From Brevundimonas sp. (GTDB taxonomy: Bacteria > Pseudomonadota > Alphaproteobacteria > Caulobacterales > Caulobacteraceae): a stretch of DNA of 64,000 bases. This document shows, piece after piece, positions 36,492-46,611 of the stretch (position 1 is its first letter; the number at the start of each line of letters is the position of its first letter). The DNA lies in contig NZ_DAINBO010000006.1 of assembly GCF_036732845.1 (NCBI RefSeq), positions 20,243 through 84,242 of the forward strand, written 5' to 3'. Both the position numbers and the translations under genes were made by a program. The notes beneath the pieces were generated by a model, which saw only the letters and a list, made by a program, of their open reading frames with translations, ran no database searches and was not told the origin of the DNA.

Positions 36492-37049
36492 CTACTGGTC
36501 AGCCTCGACCTTCACTTTGGCGCCCAGGAACATAGCCAGGCCATAAAATGCCGTGAACCCAACAACAACGGCCTCGCCCACATCGATCATTCCAGCGGGG
36601 TCAATCTTCACGCACCTGAACATAGCCACGATCCAAACGATCAGTGTGAAATCACTCAGGGCGATGGCAAGCTGGCTGACCGAGAAACGAGAACCGCCCC
36701 AAAAGCCCTTACTCTGAGGGCGTTCGATCTGGGAAAAGAGCCGCATGCCAAGCGCGTCCTGCTCCAGATTTTCAACCTTTCTTTCCCAGGCTTCCTGCCA
36801 ATATTTGCTCCCTCGGTTACCGAGCGTCCAGGCGAGGCTGCAAACGACGCCAAAGCAGGCGATGACCAACTTCGCGTAGTGGTCGTCTTTAAAAGCCTCT
36901 GACGAATAGGCGACGGCGGCTGCGGCGATAAAACCCCAGAAGAAAAGGGCGCGCTGCCAGAACCGCTCTATTTCGAACTTCCGGGTATCGACGGCGAGTG
37001 CAAGCGCACGCTCGACACTCGACGGCTTCTCGCCTCCCAAGCCGAACAT
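36492..37049 (-). CDS. compositionally foreign 4-TM orphan membrane protein
   Basis: 185 aa from ATG 37049, 2 nt after the lepA stop. Four hydrophobic helices with a charged central loop (NRGSKYWQEAWERKVENLEQD). Hand count 36541..36840 gives 166/300 G+C (55%), against about 70% in core genes. No family confidently recognised. Confidence 0.6.
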   Translation of the reverse strand: MFGLGGEKPSSVERALALAVDTRKFEIERFWQRALFFWGFIAAAAVAYSSEAFKDDHYAKLVIACFGVVCSLAWTLGNRGSKYWQEAWERKVENLEQDALGMRLFSQIERPQSKGFWGGSRFSVSQLAIALSDFTLIVWIVAMFRCVKIDPAGMIDVGEAVVVGFTAFYGLAMFLGAKVKVEADQ

Positions 37050-37051
37050 CC

Positions 37052-38860
37052 TCAATCCTCATCCATCTTCAATGCCGCGATGAAGGCTTCCTGCGGGATC
37101 TCGACCTTGCCGAATTGCCTCATCCGCTTCTTGCCTTCCTTCTGTTTCTCCAGAAGCTTCTTCTTGCGGGTGGCGTCGCCGCCGTAGCATTTGGACGTCA
37201 CGTCCTTGCGCAGGGCGCGCACGGTTTCGCGGGCTATGATCTTGCCGCCGATGGCTGCCTGGATCGGGATCTGGAACAGGTGCGGCGGGATCAGCTCCTT
37301 CATCTTCTCGACCATGCCCCGGCCGCGCGTCTCGGCGCGGCTGCGGTGGACCAGCATCGACAGGGCGTCCACCGGCTCGGCGTTGACCAGGATGTTCATC
37401 TTGACCAGGTCGCCGGGGCGATAGTCGGCCAGTTCATAGTCGAAGCTGGCGTAGCCCTTCGAGATCGACTTCAGCCGGTCGTAGAAGTCGAACACCACCT
37501 CGTTCAGCGGCAGGTCGTAAACGACCATGGCGCGCGTCCCGACCCAGGTCAGCTCCTTTTGCTCGCCGCGGCGGTCCTGGCACAGTTTGATGACCCCGCC
37601 GAGATATTCCTCGGGCGTCAGGATCGTGGCCTTGATCCAGGGTTCGCGGATCTCGATGATCTGCATCACGTCGGGCAGGTCGGCCGGATTGTGCAGGTCG
37701 ATGTGGGAGCCGTCGCGCAGTTCGATCTTATAGACCACCGAGGGGGCGGTCGCGATCAGGTCCAGGTTGAACTCGCGGCTGAGGCGCTCCTGGATGATCT
37801 CCAGGTGCAGCAGGCCCAGGAAGCCGCAGCGGAAGCCGAAGCCCAGGGCGGCGCTGGACTCCATCTCATAGGTGAAGCTGGCGTCGTTCAGGCGCAGGCG
37901 GGCGATGGCGGCGCGCAGGTCCTCGAAATCGGCCGCGTCGACCGGGAACAGGCCGCAGAACACCACCGACTGCACCTCCTTGAAGCCTTTCAGCGGCTCG
38001 GCGGTGGGGCGTTTCTCTTCGGTGATGGTGTCGCCGACGGCGGCGTGGGCGACCTCCTTGATCTGGGCGGTGATGAAGCCGACCTCGCCCGGTCCCAGGC
38101 TTTCGACCGGGGTGTTCTTGGGCAGGAAGACGCCGACCCGGTCGACCAGATGGGTCGAGCCGTTCTGCATGAATTTCACCCGCTGACCGGCCTTCAGCAC
38201 GCCGTCGAACACCCGCACCAGCAGCACCACCCCCAGATAGGGGTCGTACCAGGCGTCGACCAGCATGGCCTTCAGCGGCGCGGCCGGGTCGCCCTTGGGG
38301 GCGGGAAGCCGGGTGACGATGGCCTCCAGCACGTCTTCGATGCCGATGCCGGACTTGGCGCTGCACATCACCGCGTCCGAGGCGTCCAGGCCGATGACCT
38401 CTTCGATCTGGGCCTTGACCCGCTCCGGCTCGGCCGCCGGCAGGTCGATCTTGTTCAGGACGGGGACGATTTCATGATTATTATCAATCGCTTGATAGAC
38501 GTTCGCCAGGGTCTGAGCCTCGACCCCCTGTGAGGCGTCGACCACCAGCAGCGAGCCTTCGCACGCCGCCAACGACCGGCTGACCTCATAGGCGAAGTCG
38601 ACGTGGCCGGGCGTGTCCATCAGGTTCAGGACATAGGTCTGGCCGTCCTTGGCCTTGTAGTTCAGGCGTACGGTCTGCGCCTTGATCGTGATGCCTCGTT
38701 CTTTCTCAATGTCCATATTATCAAGGACTTGAGCCGACATTTCGCGCGCGCTGAGACCGCCGGTGATCTGAATCAAGCGGTCTGACAGCGTCGACTTGCC
38801 GTGGTCAATGTGGGCGACCACAGAAAAATTTCGGATGCGTTCGATGGGAGGCGTGGACAT
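37052..38860 (-). CDS. lepA: elongation factor 4
   Basis: [29 protein letters not shown] and the C-terminal LepA region. 602 aa. Confidence 0.97.
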   Translation of the reverse strand: MSTPPIERIRNFSVVAHIDHGKSTLSDRLIQITGGLSAREMSAQVLDNMDIEKERGITIKAQTVRLNYKAKDGQTYVLNLMDTPGHVDFAYEVSRSLAACEGSLLVVDASQGVEAQTLANVYQAIDNNHEIVPVLNKIDLPAAEPERVKAQIEEVIGLDASDAVMCSAKSGIGIEDVLEAIVTRLPAPKGDPAAPLKAMLVDAWYDPYLGVVLLVRVFDGVLKAGQRVKFMQNGSTHLVDRVGVFLPKNTPVESLGPGEVGFITAQIKEVAHAAVGDTITEEKRPTAEPLKGFKEVQSVVFCGLFPVDAADFEDLRAAIARLRLNDASFTYEMESSAALGFGFRCGFLGLLHLEIIQERLSREFNLDLIATAPSVVYKIELRDGSHIDLHNPADLPDVMQIIEIREPWIKATILTPEEYLGGVIKLCQDRRGEQKELTWVGTRAMVVYDLPLNEVVFDFYDRLKSISKGYASFDYELADYRPGDLVKMNILVNAEPVDALSMLVHRSRAETRGRGMVEKMKELIPPHLFQIPIQAAIGGKIIARETVRALRKDVTSKCYGGDATRKKKLLEKQKEGKKRMRQFGKVEIPQEAFIAALKMDED

Positions 38861-39077
38861 GGCGCGCGCCTAGCACGGCGCAAAGAAAATCGCCAATGCG
38901 ACGCCCGCGCGTCTTGCGGAACACGCCCCTTTCAATATCTCACCCGAACGTCGCTTTGTCGGTTTGAGAACGAGTCGCGAACAGGCATAAGAAAAGCGTT
39001 GGATTTCGGGCGCCCGCGACCGGGCGTCCGCCGTCGCCGGTCCTCCTCGGCGACGGATGCACAGGGGATGAACTGAC

Positions 39078-40199
39078 GTGGCGATTACGACCCGAACGAC
39101 GGCCCGCGCGGGTCTGGCGCTGGCGGCTGTCATGGCGCTGGCGGCCTGCGGCGGCGACAAGAAGGACGAGAAGGCCCAGACGCCGTCGCGTCAGACGGTG
39201 ACGGCCGCGACCGTGGCCCTGGTCAATCTGCCGCGCGTCGTGACCGCCTCGGGCACCGTTTCGGCCTGGGAAGAGGTGCCGGTGGCCGCCGAAACCGGCG
39301 GGCTTCAGGCCGTCGGCGTCTATGTCGATGAAGGCGCCGTCGTCCGTCAGGGCCAGATCCTGGTCAAGCTGAACGACAGCCTGCTCAGCGCTCAGTTGCG
39401 CCAGCAGGACGCCTCCGTCGTCGCCGCCGAGGCCAACGCCGCGCGCGAGGACGCCGAACTGGCCCGCGCCCACGAACTGAAGGCGCGCGGCTTCCTGTCC
39501 CAGGCCTCGCTGGACATGGCCGTGGCCGAGCAGCGGTCGGCCGGAGCGCAACTGGTCTCGGCCCGCGCCGCGCGCGCCGAGACGGCGACCCGCCTGGACC
39601 AGACCAATCTGCGCGCACCCGTCGCCGGCCGCATCATCAGCCGCAGCGTCACCCGCGGCCAGATCGTCCAGGCGGGGACCGAATTGTTCCGCATGGTCCG
39701 TGAAGGCCGGCTGGAGCTGGACGCTCAGACGCCCGAGACCGAACTGGCCCTGATCCGTCCCGGCCAGACCGCCGTCATCACCTCCGACCAGGCCGGAACG
39801 ACCACCGGACGCGTCCGCATCGTGACGCCCGAGGTGGACCCCCAGACCCGTCTCGGCGTCGCCCGCATCTCGCTGGGTTCGGGCGACGGTCTGCGCTCCG
39901 GCATGTTCGCCCGCGCCGACATCGACGTCGGCGACCAGCCGATGCTGACCGTGCCCTCGGCCTCGATCGTGTTCCGCGAGGGACGGTCGGGCGTCTATGT
40001 CATCGGCCAGAACGGCGCCGTGCGCTTCACCCCCGTCGCCACCGGCGCACGGTCGGGCGACGTCGTCGCCGTGCGCGAAGGCCTGCAGGCGGGCCAGCAG
40101 GTGGTGGTCCAGGGCGCGGGCTTCCTGGGCGAAGGCGACCTGGTGGCCATCGGCCGTCCCGTAGCGGCCGCCGCGCGCCCCGCCGCCGCGACCAAATAG
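39078..40199 (+). CDS. efflux RND transporter periplasmic adaptor subunit
   Basis: Lipoprotein signal (LAAVMALAAC), a coiled-coil hairpin region, and the motif NLRAPVAGRIISRSV. GTG start. Confidence 0.9.
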   Translation: MAITTRTTARAGLALAAVMALAACGGDKKDEKAQTPSRQTVTAATVALVNLPRVVTASGTVSAWEEVPVAAETGGLQAVGVYVDEGAVVRQGQILVKLNDSLLSAQLRQQDASVVAAEANAAREDAELARAHELKARGFLSQASLDMAVAEQRSAGAQLVSARAARAETATRLDQTNLRAPVAGRIISRSVTRGQIVQAGTELFRMVREGRLELDAQTPETELALIRPGQTAVITSDQAGTTTGRVRIVTPEVDPQTRLGVARISLGSGDGLRSGMFARADIDVGDQPMLTVPSASIVFREGRSGVYVIGQNGAVRFTPVATGARSGDVVAVREGLQAGQQVVVQGAGFLGEGDLVAIGRPVAAAARPAAATK

Positions 40200-40208
40200 G
40201 GCCGGGCC

Positions 40209-43200
40209 ATGAATTTCAACAACATCTCATCCTGGTCGATTCGGAACCCGATTCCGATCATCCTGATGTTCATCATCCTGACCCTGGCGGGGGTGCTCAG
40301 CTATTTCCGCCTGCCGGTGAACAACTTCCCCAACGTCGACCTGCCCGTGGTGGCGGTGACGGTGGTTCAGTCGGGCGCCGCGCCGACCGAGCTGGAGACC
40401 CAGGTCACCCGGCTGGTCGAGGACGCGGTCGCCGGTCTGGGCGAGGTTCAGGACATCAATTCGGTGGTCAGCGATTCCGCCTCGACCACCTCGATCACCT
40501 TCCAACTCGGCGTCGATCTGGAGAAGGCGACCAACGACGTCCGCAACGCCATCGCCGGCATCCGCCAGAACCTGCCCGCCGACGTGCAGGAGCCGATCGT
40601 CCAGCGGATCGAATTCACCCAGATGCCGATCGCCACCTATGTGGTCCGCGCGCCTGGCATGAACCCCGAAGAGCTGAGCTGGTTCGTCGACAACACCGTC
40701 GCCAAACGCCTGCTGTCGGTGAACGGCGTCAGCCAGGTCAGCCGCGACGGCGGCGTCAACCGCGAGATCCGCATCAAGCTGGACCCCGCGCGCCTGGCCG
40801 CCCAGGGCGTCTCGGCCGCCGCCGTGTCGAACCAGTTGCGCGCCTCCAACATCAATCTGCCCGGCGGACGCGGCGAGATCGGCGGCGAGGAGCAGGCCAT
40901 CCGCACCATGGGTTCGGCCGCCTCGGTCGAACAGTTGCGCGAGACCCTGATCCCGGTCGGCGGCCGCACCGTGCGGCTGGGCGACCTGGGCGAGGTGGTG
41001 GACCAGTGGTCCGAGCCGCGCGGCCGCGCCCGCTACAACGGTGAAGAGGTCGTCGGCTTCAGCGTCAGCCGCTCCAAGGGGTCGTCCGAGCTGGACGTCT
41101 ATGAGACGACCAAGGCCGAGATCGCGCGCCTGGACCAGGAAATGGACGGCGTCACCATCGAGGAGGTCAGCAACACCACCTCGGACGTGATCAACAATTT
41201 CCACGCCTCGGTCGAAGCCTTGCTGCTGGGCGCGGGGCTGGCGATCGCCGTGGTCTTCGTCTTCCTGCGGGACTGGCGGGCGACCCTGATCGCGGCCATC
41301 GCCATGCCTTTGTCGCTGATCCCGACCTTCTGGATCATGGACATGTGGGGCCAGTCGCTGAACGTGGTGACCCTGCTGGCGCTGTCGTTGACCATCGGCA
41401 TCCTGGTCGATGACGCCATCGTCGAGATCGAGAACATCGTCAGACACATACGCGACGGCAAGGCGCCCTATCCGGCGGCCATCGAGGCGGCCGACGAGAT
41501 CGGCCTGGCCGTCATGGCCACGACCGCGACCCTGCTGGCCGTGTTCGCTCCGACCGGCTTCATGCCCGGCGTGGTCGGCCAGTTCTTCAAGAGCTTCGCC
41601 ATCGCCGCCTGCGTCAGCGTCTTCTTCTCCCTGATCGTGGCCCGAACCCTGACCCCGTTGATGGGCGCCTATATGCTCCGGCGCAACCAGGGCAAGGAGC
41701 ATGCGGACCCGGCCTGGATGCGCGGCTATCTGCGCATGGTGAACTGGGTGCTGAACGACTTCCGCGGCGACCAGGGCGGCAAGCGGCGGCCGCTGGGCCG
41801 TCGTCTGTTGCAGCGGCGTAAGGATCACCGCCTGTGGGTCATGGGGGGCGGCACCCTGTTCCTGGCCGGCTCCTTCGTGCTGGCGGCCATGCTGCCGTTC
41901 GAATTCATTCCGGCGGAGGACGTGTCCCGCTCCAACATCGCCGTCCAGCTTCCGCCCGGTTCGACCCTGGCCGAGACGGACGCCGTGTCCCAGCAGGTCA
42001 GCCGCATCCTGTCAGAACGATCCGAGGTGAAGTCCGTTTACGCCTCGGTCGGCTCCGCCACCGTCAGCTTCGGTCCCGGCGGCGGCGGTTCGGCCGGAGA
42101 GGTGCGTCGCGCCAACATCACCGTCAATCTGGTCAAGCGCGGCGAGCGCAAGCTGCGCCAGCAGGCGTTCGAGCAGGAGATGGGACCGGTCCTGCGCGCC
42201 ATCCCCGGCGCCCGGGTCCAGTTCGGTCAGGACGGGTCCGGCAACCAGGTCTCCATCCAACTGGTCGGCGACGACCCGGCCCAATTGGCCCAGGCGGCCT
42301 CGGCCGTCGAACGCCAGATGCGCGAGATCCCCGGCCTGGCCAACGTGATCTCGTCCGCCGCCCTGGTGCGGCCCGAGATCCTGATCACGCCCAAGCCCGA
42401 CATCGCCGCGCTTCAAGGCGTGGCCACTTCGGACATCAGCTCCGTGGCCCGCGTGGCCACCCTGGGCGACGCCGATCAACTGCTGCCGAAATTCAATCTC
42501 GGCGACCGGCAGATCCCGATCCGCATCATGCTGCGCGAAGAGGCGCGCAGCGACCTGGCCGTCATGGAGACGCTGAAGGTGCCGACGGCGTCCGGCGCGG
42601 CCGTGCCGCTGAACGCCGTGGCCGACATCACCTTCGGCGCCGGGCCGAACCAGATCGACCGCCTGGACCGCAAGCGGGTCGCCACCCTGACCGCCGAATT
42701 GAACGGCATCACCCTGGGCCAGGCGTCCCAGCGGGTGAACGAGCTGCCCGCCATGCGCGGCCTGCCCGCCGGCGTCACTCAGGCGGTGTCCGGCGAGCTG
42801 GAGAACCTGCAAGAGACGGCGACCGGCTTCATGTTCGCCATCATCACCGGCATTCTGTTGATGTACGCCGTGCTGGTGCTGCTGTTCCGCAGCTTCTTCC
42901 ACCCGATCACCATCCTGGCCGCCCTGCCCGTCTCGTTCGGCGGGGCCTTCTTCCTGCTGCTGGTCACCGGCAAGTCGCTGTCGATGCCGGCGCTGATCGG
43001 CATCATCATGCTGACCGGCATCGCGGCCAAGAACTCCATCCTGCTGGTCGACTACGCCATCATCGCCATGAAACAGGGCATGACCCGGCGCGAGGCGATC
43101 ATCGACGCCGCGCACAAGCGGGCGCGACCGATCATCATGACCACCCTGGCGATGGGCCTGGGCATGTTGCCGATCGCCATGGCCTTCGGCGAAGGCACCG

Positions 43201-43379
43201 AGTTCCGCAGCCCCATGGCCGTCGCCGTGATCGGCGGCCTAATCACCTCCACGGCCCTGTCGCTGCTGTTCATCCCGGCGGCCTTCAGCCTGATCGACGG
43301 CGTCAAGACGCGGCTGGAGCAGGTGCTGGGCCGCAAACTCCGCCACGCCCACGACACCGGCGAACAACCGGCGGAATAG
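40209..43379 (+). CDS. efflux RND transporter permease subunit
   Basis: 1056 aa. An AcrB-like N-terminus (ISSWSIRNPIPIILMFI) and 12-TM organisation with two large periplasmic loops. Confidence 0.95.
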   Translation: MNFNNISSWSIRNPIPIILMFIILTLAGVLSYFRLPVNNFPNVDLPVVAVTVVQSGAAPTELETQVTRLVEDAVAGLGEVQDINSVVSDSASTTSITFQLGVDLEKATNDVRNAIAGIRQNLPADVQEPIVQRIEFTQMPIATYVVRAPGMNPEELSWFVDNTVAKRLLSVNGVSQVSRDGGVNREIRIKLDPARLAAQGVSAAAVSNQLRASNINLPGGRGEIGGEEQAIRTMGSAASVEQLRETLIPVGGRTVRLGDLGEVVDQWSEPRGRARYNGEEVVGFSVSRSKGSSELDVYETTKAEIARLDQEMDGVTIEEVSNTTSDVINNFHASVEALLLGAGLAIAVVFVFLRDWRATLIAAIAMPLSLIPTFWIMDMWGQSLNVVTLLALSLTIGILVDDAIVEIENIVRHIRDGKAPYPAAIEAADEIGLAVMATTATLLAVFAPTGFMPGVVGQFFKSFAIAACVSVFFSLIVARTLTPLMGAYMLRRNQGKEHADPAWMRGYLRMVNWVLNDFRGDQGGKRRPLGRRLLQRRKDHRLWVMGGGTLFLAGSFVLAAMLPFEFIPAEDVSRSNIAVQLPPGSTLAETDAVSQQVSRILSERSEVKSVYASVGSATVSFGPGGGGSAGEVRRANITVNLVKRGERKLRQQAFEQEMGPVLRAIPGARVQFGQDGSGNQVSIQLVGDDPAQLAQAASAVERQMREIPGLANVISSAALVRPEILITPKPDIAALQGVATSDISSVARVATLGDADQLLPKFNLGDRQIPIRIMLREEARSDLAVMETLKVPTASGAAVPLNAVADITFGAGPNQIDRLDRKRVATLTAELNGITLGQASQRVNELPAMRGLPAGVTQAVSGELENLQETATGFMFAIITGILLMYAVLVLLFRSFFHPITILAALPVSFGGAFFLLLVTGKSLSMPALIGIIMLTGIAAKNSILLVDYAIIAMKQGMTRREAIIDAAHKRARPIIMTTLAMGLGMLPIAMAFGEGTEFRSPMAVAVIGGLITSTALSLLFIPAAFSLIDGVKTRLEQVLGRKLRHAHDTGEQPAE

Positions 43380-43404
43380 CGGCCGGCGCCACGTCCGATC
43401 ACAG

Positions 43405-43436
43405 AAAGGGTCCCGGTTCGCGCCGGGACCCTTTTT
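43405..43436 (+). terminator. rho-independent terminator after the RND operon
   Basis: GGGTCCCGG-ttcgcg-CCGGGACCC followed by TTTTT. Confidence 0.65.
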
Positions 43437-43696
43437 CATGGTCGGTGCGGCGCCGCTGTTCGCGACCGCGGGGGATGAACGAGGCCAGGCGGATTGCGGC
43501 CTGTCGCCTGCCCCCGGTCCCTTCGCCCAATGCGACAGGCCGTGCCCGCGACGGGTGCTGGCGCCCCTCGCCCACCGCCTCCTCGGCGACCGCTGGGGTC
43601 CAGACCCTAGGTTCGCCCCTGGAATGCACCGGGGACCTGACGCCGGGGTGAGCCACGCAGGCATTCCGCTCCGCCCTCAACGGGGAAACACCCGGC

Positions 43697-43731
43697 CAAA
43701 CAAAAACCGGCCGGGGCGAACCCCGGCCGGT
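43697..43731 (-). terminator. rho-independent terminator after the TonB-dependent receptor gene
   Basis: The minus strand reads ACCGGCCGGGG-ttcg-CCCCGGCCGGT followed by TTTTTGTTT. Confidence 0.65.
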
Positions 43732-43758
43732 CTCGTCAGCCCCCTTTGTAGGGAACGA

Positions 43759-46371
43759 TCAGTGCTTGAAGCGCAGGGTGAAGCCGTAGGTGCGCGGCTG
43801 GCCCAGGAAGGCGGCGTAGGTCTGGCTGTCCAGCGACGGGTTGTAGTAGCTGCCCTGATAGGGACCCGGCGCGGTGTTCAGCGGGCCGTTGAAGGCCGAC
43901 CCTTGCAGGAAGCCGTTGAAGGCCACCTGGACGTAGTCTTCGTCGGTCAGGTTCTGACCCCACAGGTCCAGCGTCCAGCGGTCGTCAGCGGCGCCGATCG
44001 AGATGCGGCCGTTCACCGTGGTGAAGGCGTCCTGCATCTTGAAGGGCAGCAGGTCCGAGCCGGTGTTGTACTCGGTCATGTATTTGGCCGACAGGGCGAA
44101 GCCGGCGCGAAGGCCCCCGCCGATTTCGCGGTCGAAGTTGATCGAGGCGGTGCCCGACCATTCCGGCGCGAAGGACGAGCGGTTGCCCGGCAGCAGCGAC
44201 AGTTGGTTGAAGTTGGCCGGGTTGAACAGGTCCGCAGCGGTGAACTTGCCGTATTTGGCGTCGGTGTAGGTCACGCCGCCCGCGAAGCTCAGGCCCTCGA
44301 TCGGGGTGAACCACATGAAGTCGGCGTCGACGCCGCGAGCGGTCAGCTCGGGGATCGATTCCACCACGAAGGCGGTGCCCAGGAAGGTGTTCAGTTGGAA
44401 GTCGCTGAACGTCTGGTCGAAGTAGGTGGCGTTCAACAGCACAGTGCGGTCAAACAGGGTGGTCTTGATGCCCGCCTCATAGCTGTCGGCGATTTCCGAC
44501 GGGAAGTAGAGCGAGGCGTTCGGAGTCACGCCCGACTGCACCCGGTCCATGTTGAAGCCGAAGCTCTTGTAGCCGCGAGCGTACGACGCATAGACCATGA
44601 TGGAGTCGTTCAGGCGGTAGCTGGCCTTGACCGTCCCCGAGACTTCGCTGTCGTTGACCTCTTCCGAGCGCGCGCGGTTGGCGTAGAAGGGGTTCGACCA
44701 GGGCAGGCACAGACGACCCAGGATGGCCGGAGCGTTGGTGGCGCCGACGGCTCCGACGATGGCCCCTTGGTTGGCCAGGCCGGCGGCGCAGGTCAGGCCG
44801 TTTGTGCCGACGTTGGTCTGCAGCGAGTCCAGGCGCTTGCTGTCATAGGTGTAGCGAAGGCCGACCGTGATGTCGAAGGCGTCGGTCAGGTGGAAGGTGT
44901 TGTTGGTGAACAGAGCGACCGATTCCGAGGCCTGGGCGTAGTTGTCGCGCAGGCTCTGGCCGGCGGCGAACGACGGCCCGCCGCCCATGATGGCGCCGCC
45001 GGTGCCCAGGCACTGCTGCAGCCCCAGGGTCGTCTGGGCCGTGCGGGTGAAGCAGGGGATGATCGACGGGCTGATCGGAATAGCGCCGGCCGTGGCGGCG
45101 TTCAGGGAGGCCGACAGTTGGTACGACAGCACCGGCGCATAGGCGGCGCCGAAGTAGAAGCTGTCGCGGCGGGTCACGTTCTCGCGGTTGGCGAAGACGC
45201 CGACCAGCCAGTCGAGACGGTCATTGGCGCCGGCCAGGCGGAATTCCTGGGTCAGGCTGTCCAACGACGAGCGGAACTCGCCGTCCTGGTTGCGATAGGC
45301 GATGTCGGCGCTGGTGAAGTCCAGGTCCATGCCGTTGGTCGTCGACCAGTCGCGGAACGAGGTGACCGAGGTCAGGGTCGAGCCGCCGAACCAGTCGACG
45401 TCGATATTGGCTTCGGCCGAGATGCCGCGGTCGATGATCTCTTGGCCCGTGTCGCGGTTCGAGAAGGCCTGACGCGAGAACGGCAGGGCGCCGTTGCCCG
45501 GGGCCGGCGGACGCTGGCCAGTGCCGGTGGCCGCACCGTCGATGAACGGATAGGTCGGGCCGGTGCGGACCTGCACGGCGGCGCAGCAGTATTCGGTGCG
45601 GCGCGTATAGTCGGCGATCACCCGGATCGAGGCGGCGTCGTTCGGCAGGAACAGCAGTTGGCCGCGCAGGGTGTAGAATTCCTGGTTGGCGTCGTCCGTG
45701 AGGGTGCGCGGACCGGCGCCGACATCGACGTCATAGAAGCCGTTACGCTCGCGCCGGGCGGCGTACAGGCGCATGGCGATTTCGTCGGTGATCGGGCCGG
45801 TGACCGAACCCGACAGACCCCAGGCGTCATAGTTGCCGGCGGTCGCTTCCAGGTTCCAGCTCGGCGTGAAGGACGGGGCCTCGGTGATGATGTTGATGAC
45901 GCCGGCCGAGGTGTTCTTGCCGAACAGGGTGCCTTGCGGACCCTTCAGCACCTCGATGCGGGCCATTTCGCCCAGGTCGCCGAAGCCGACGCCGTTGCGC
46001 GAGCGATAGACGCCGTCGACCACCACGCCGACCGAGCTTTCCAGGCCGGGGTTGTCGCCGACGGTGCCGACGCCGCGGATGCGGGCGGTGGTCGAAGCCT
46101 CGGTGGTGGTCGAGGTCACGGTCATGCCCGGGGTCAGGATCGTCAGATCCTTGATGTCCTTGACGCCGGCGTCTTGCAGGACTTCCTGCGACAGGCTGGT
46201 GACCACGATCGGCACGTCCTGAAGGCTCTGTTCGCGCTTCTGGGCGGTGACGATGATGTCGTCGACCGTCGTCGGCCCGTCCTGGGCGGCGGCGGCCCCG
46301 GCGAAACCGAAGGCGACCGCGCCGACGACGGCGGCGGAAACGGTGCAACGTAGAAGATTGGCGCGACGCAT
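43759..46371 (-). CDS. TonB-dependent receptor
   Basis: 870 aa from ATG 46371. Signal peptide, a TonB box and plug (DDIIVTAQKREQSLQDVPIVVTSL), and a beta-barrel with a terminal aromatic-rich strand (YGFTLRFKH). Confidence 0.9.
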   Translation of the reverse strand: MRRANLLRCTVSAAVVGAVAFGFAGAAAAQDGPTTVDDIIVTAQKREQSLQDVPIVVTSLSQEVLQDAGVKDIKDLTILTPGMTVTSTTTEASTTARIRGVGTVGDNPGLESSVGVVVDGVYRSRNGVGFGDLGEMARIEVLKGPQGTLFGKNTSAGVINIITEAPSFTPSWNLEATAGNYDAWGLSGSVTGPITDEIAMRLYAARRERNGFYDVDVGAGPRTLTDDANQEFYTLRGQLLFLPNDAASIRVIADYTRRTEYCCAAVQVRTGPTYPFIDGAATGTGQRPPAPGNGALPFSRQAFSNRDTGQEIIDRGISAEANIDVDWFGGSTLTSVTSFRDWSTTNGMDLDFTSADIAYRNQDGEFRSSLDSLTQEFRLAGANDRLDWLVGVFANRENVTRRDSFYFGAAYAPVLSYQLSASLNAATAGAIPISPSIIPCFTRTAQTTLGLQQCLGTGGAIMGGGPSFAAGQSLRDNYAQASESVALFTNNTFHLTDAFDITVGLRYTYDSKRLDSLQTNVGTNGLTCAAGLANQGAIVGAVGATNAPAILGRLCLPWSNPFYANRARSEEVNDSEVSGTVKASYRLNDSIMVYASYARGYKSFGFNMDRVQSGVTPNASLYFPSEIADSYEAGIKTTLFDRTVLLNATYFDQTFSDFQLNTFLGTAFVVESIPELTARGVDADFMWFTPIEGLSFAGGVTYTDAKYGKFTAADLFNPANFNQLSLLPGNRSSFAPEWSGTASINFDREIGGGLRAGFALSAKYMTEYNTGSDLLPFKMQDAFTTVNGRISIGAADDRWTLDLWGQNLTDEDYVQVAFNGFLQGSAFNGPLNTAPGPYQGSYYNPSLDSQTYAAFLGQPRTYGFTLRFKH

Positions 46372-46611
46372 GGACGGCTCTCCCGGCTCTCGATGGCTCG
46401 GCCGCCGGAAGGACGACCGAGACGTTCCTGATCCCTGTCCCCGCCCTTCTGTGGAGCGAGGATTCTCGAACCCTATGGGTACCGCGACCCCGAGTCCCTG
46501 CCAAGGAGCGGCGAAGCTTCCCGCGTCCAATTGTCCTTACCGTCGCCTCGACTGTGACACGAAAGCGACAAAAACCGATGACGCTAGGTCAATATTCGAC
46601 CCTTTAAGCCG

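Noticed and set aside
43399-43680. 93-aa minus-strand ORF in the gap between the RND and receptor terminators.
   Set aside because: It spans the RND terminator hairpin and has an artefact-like composition with no recognisable domain.
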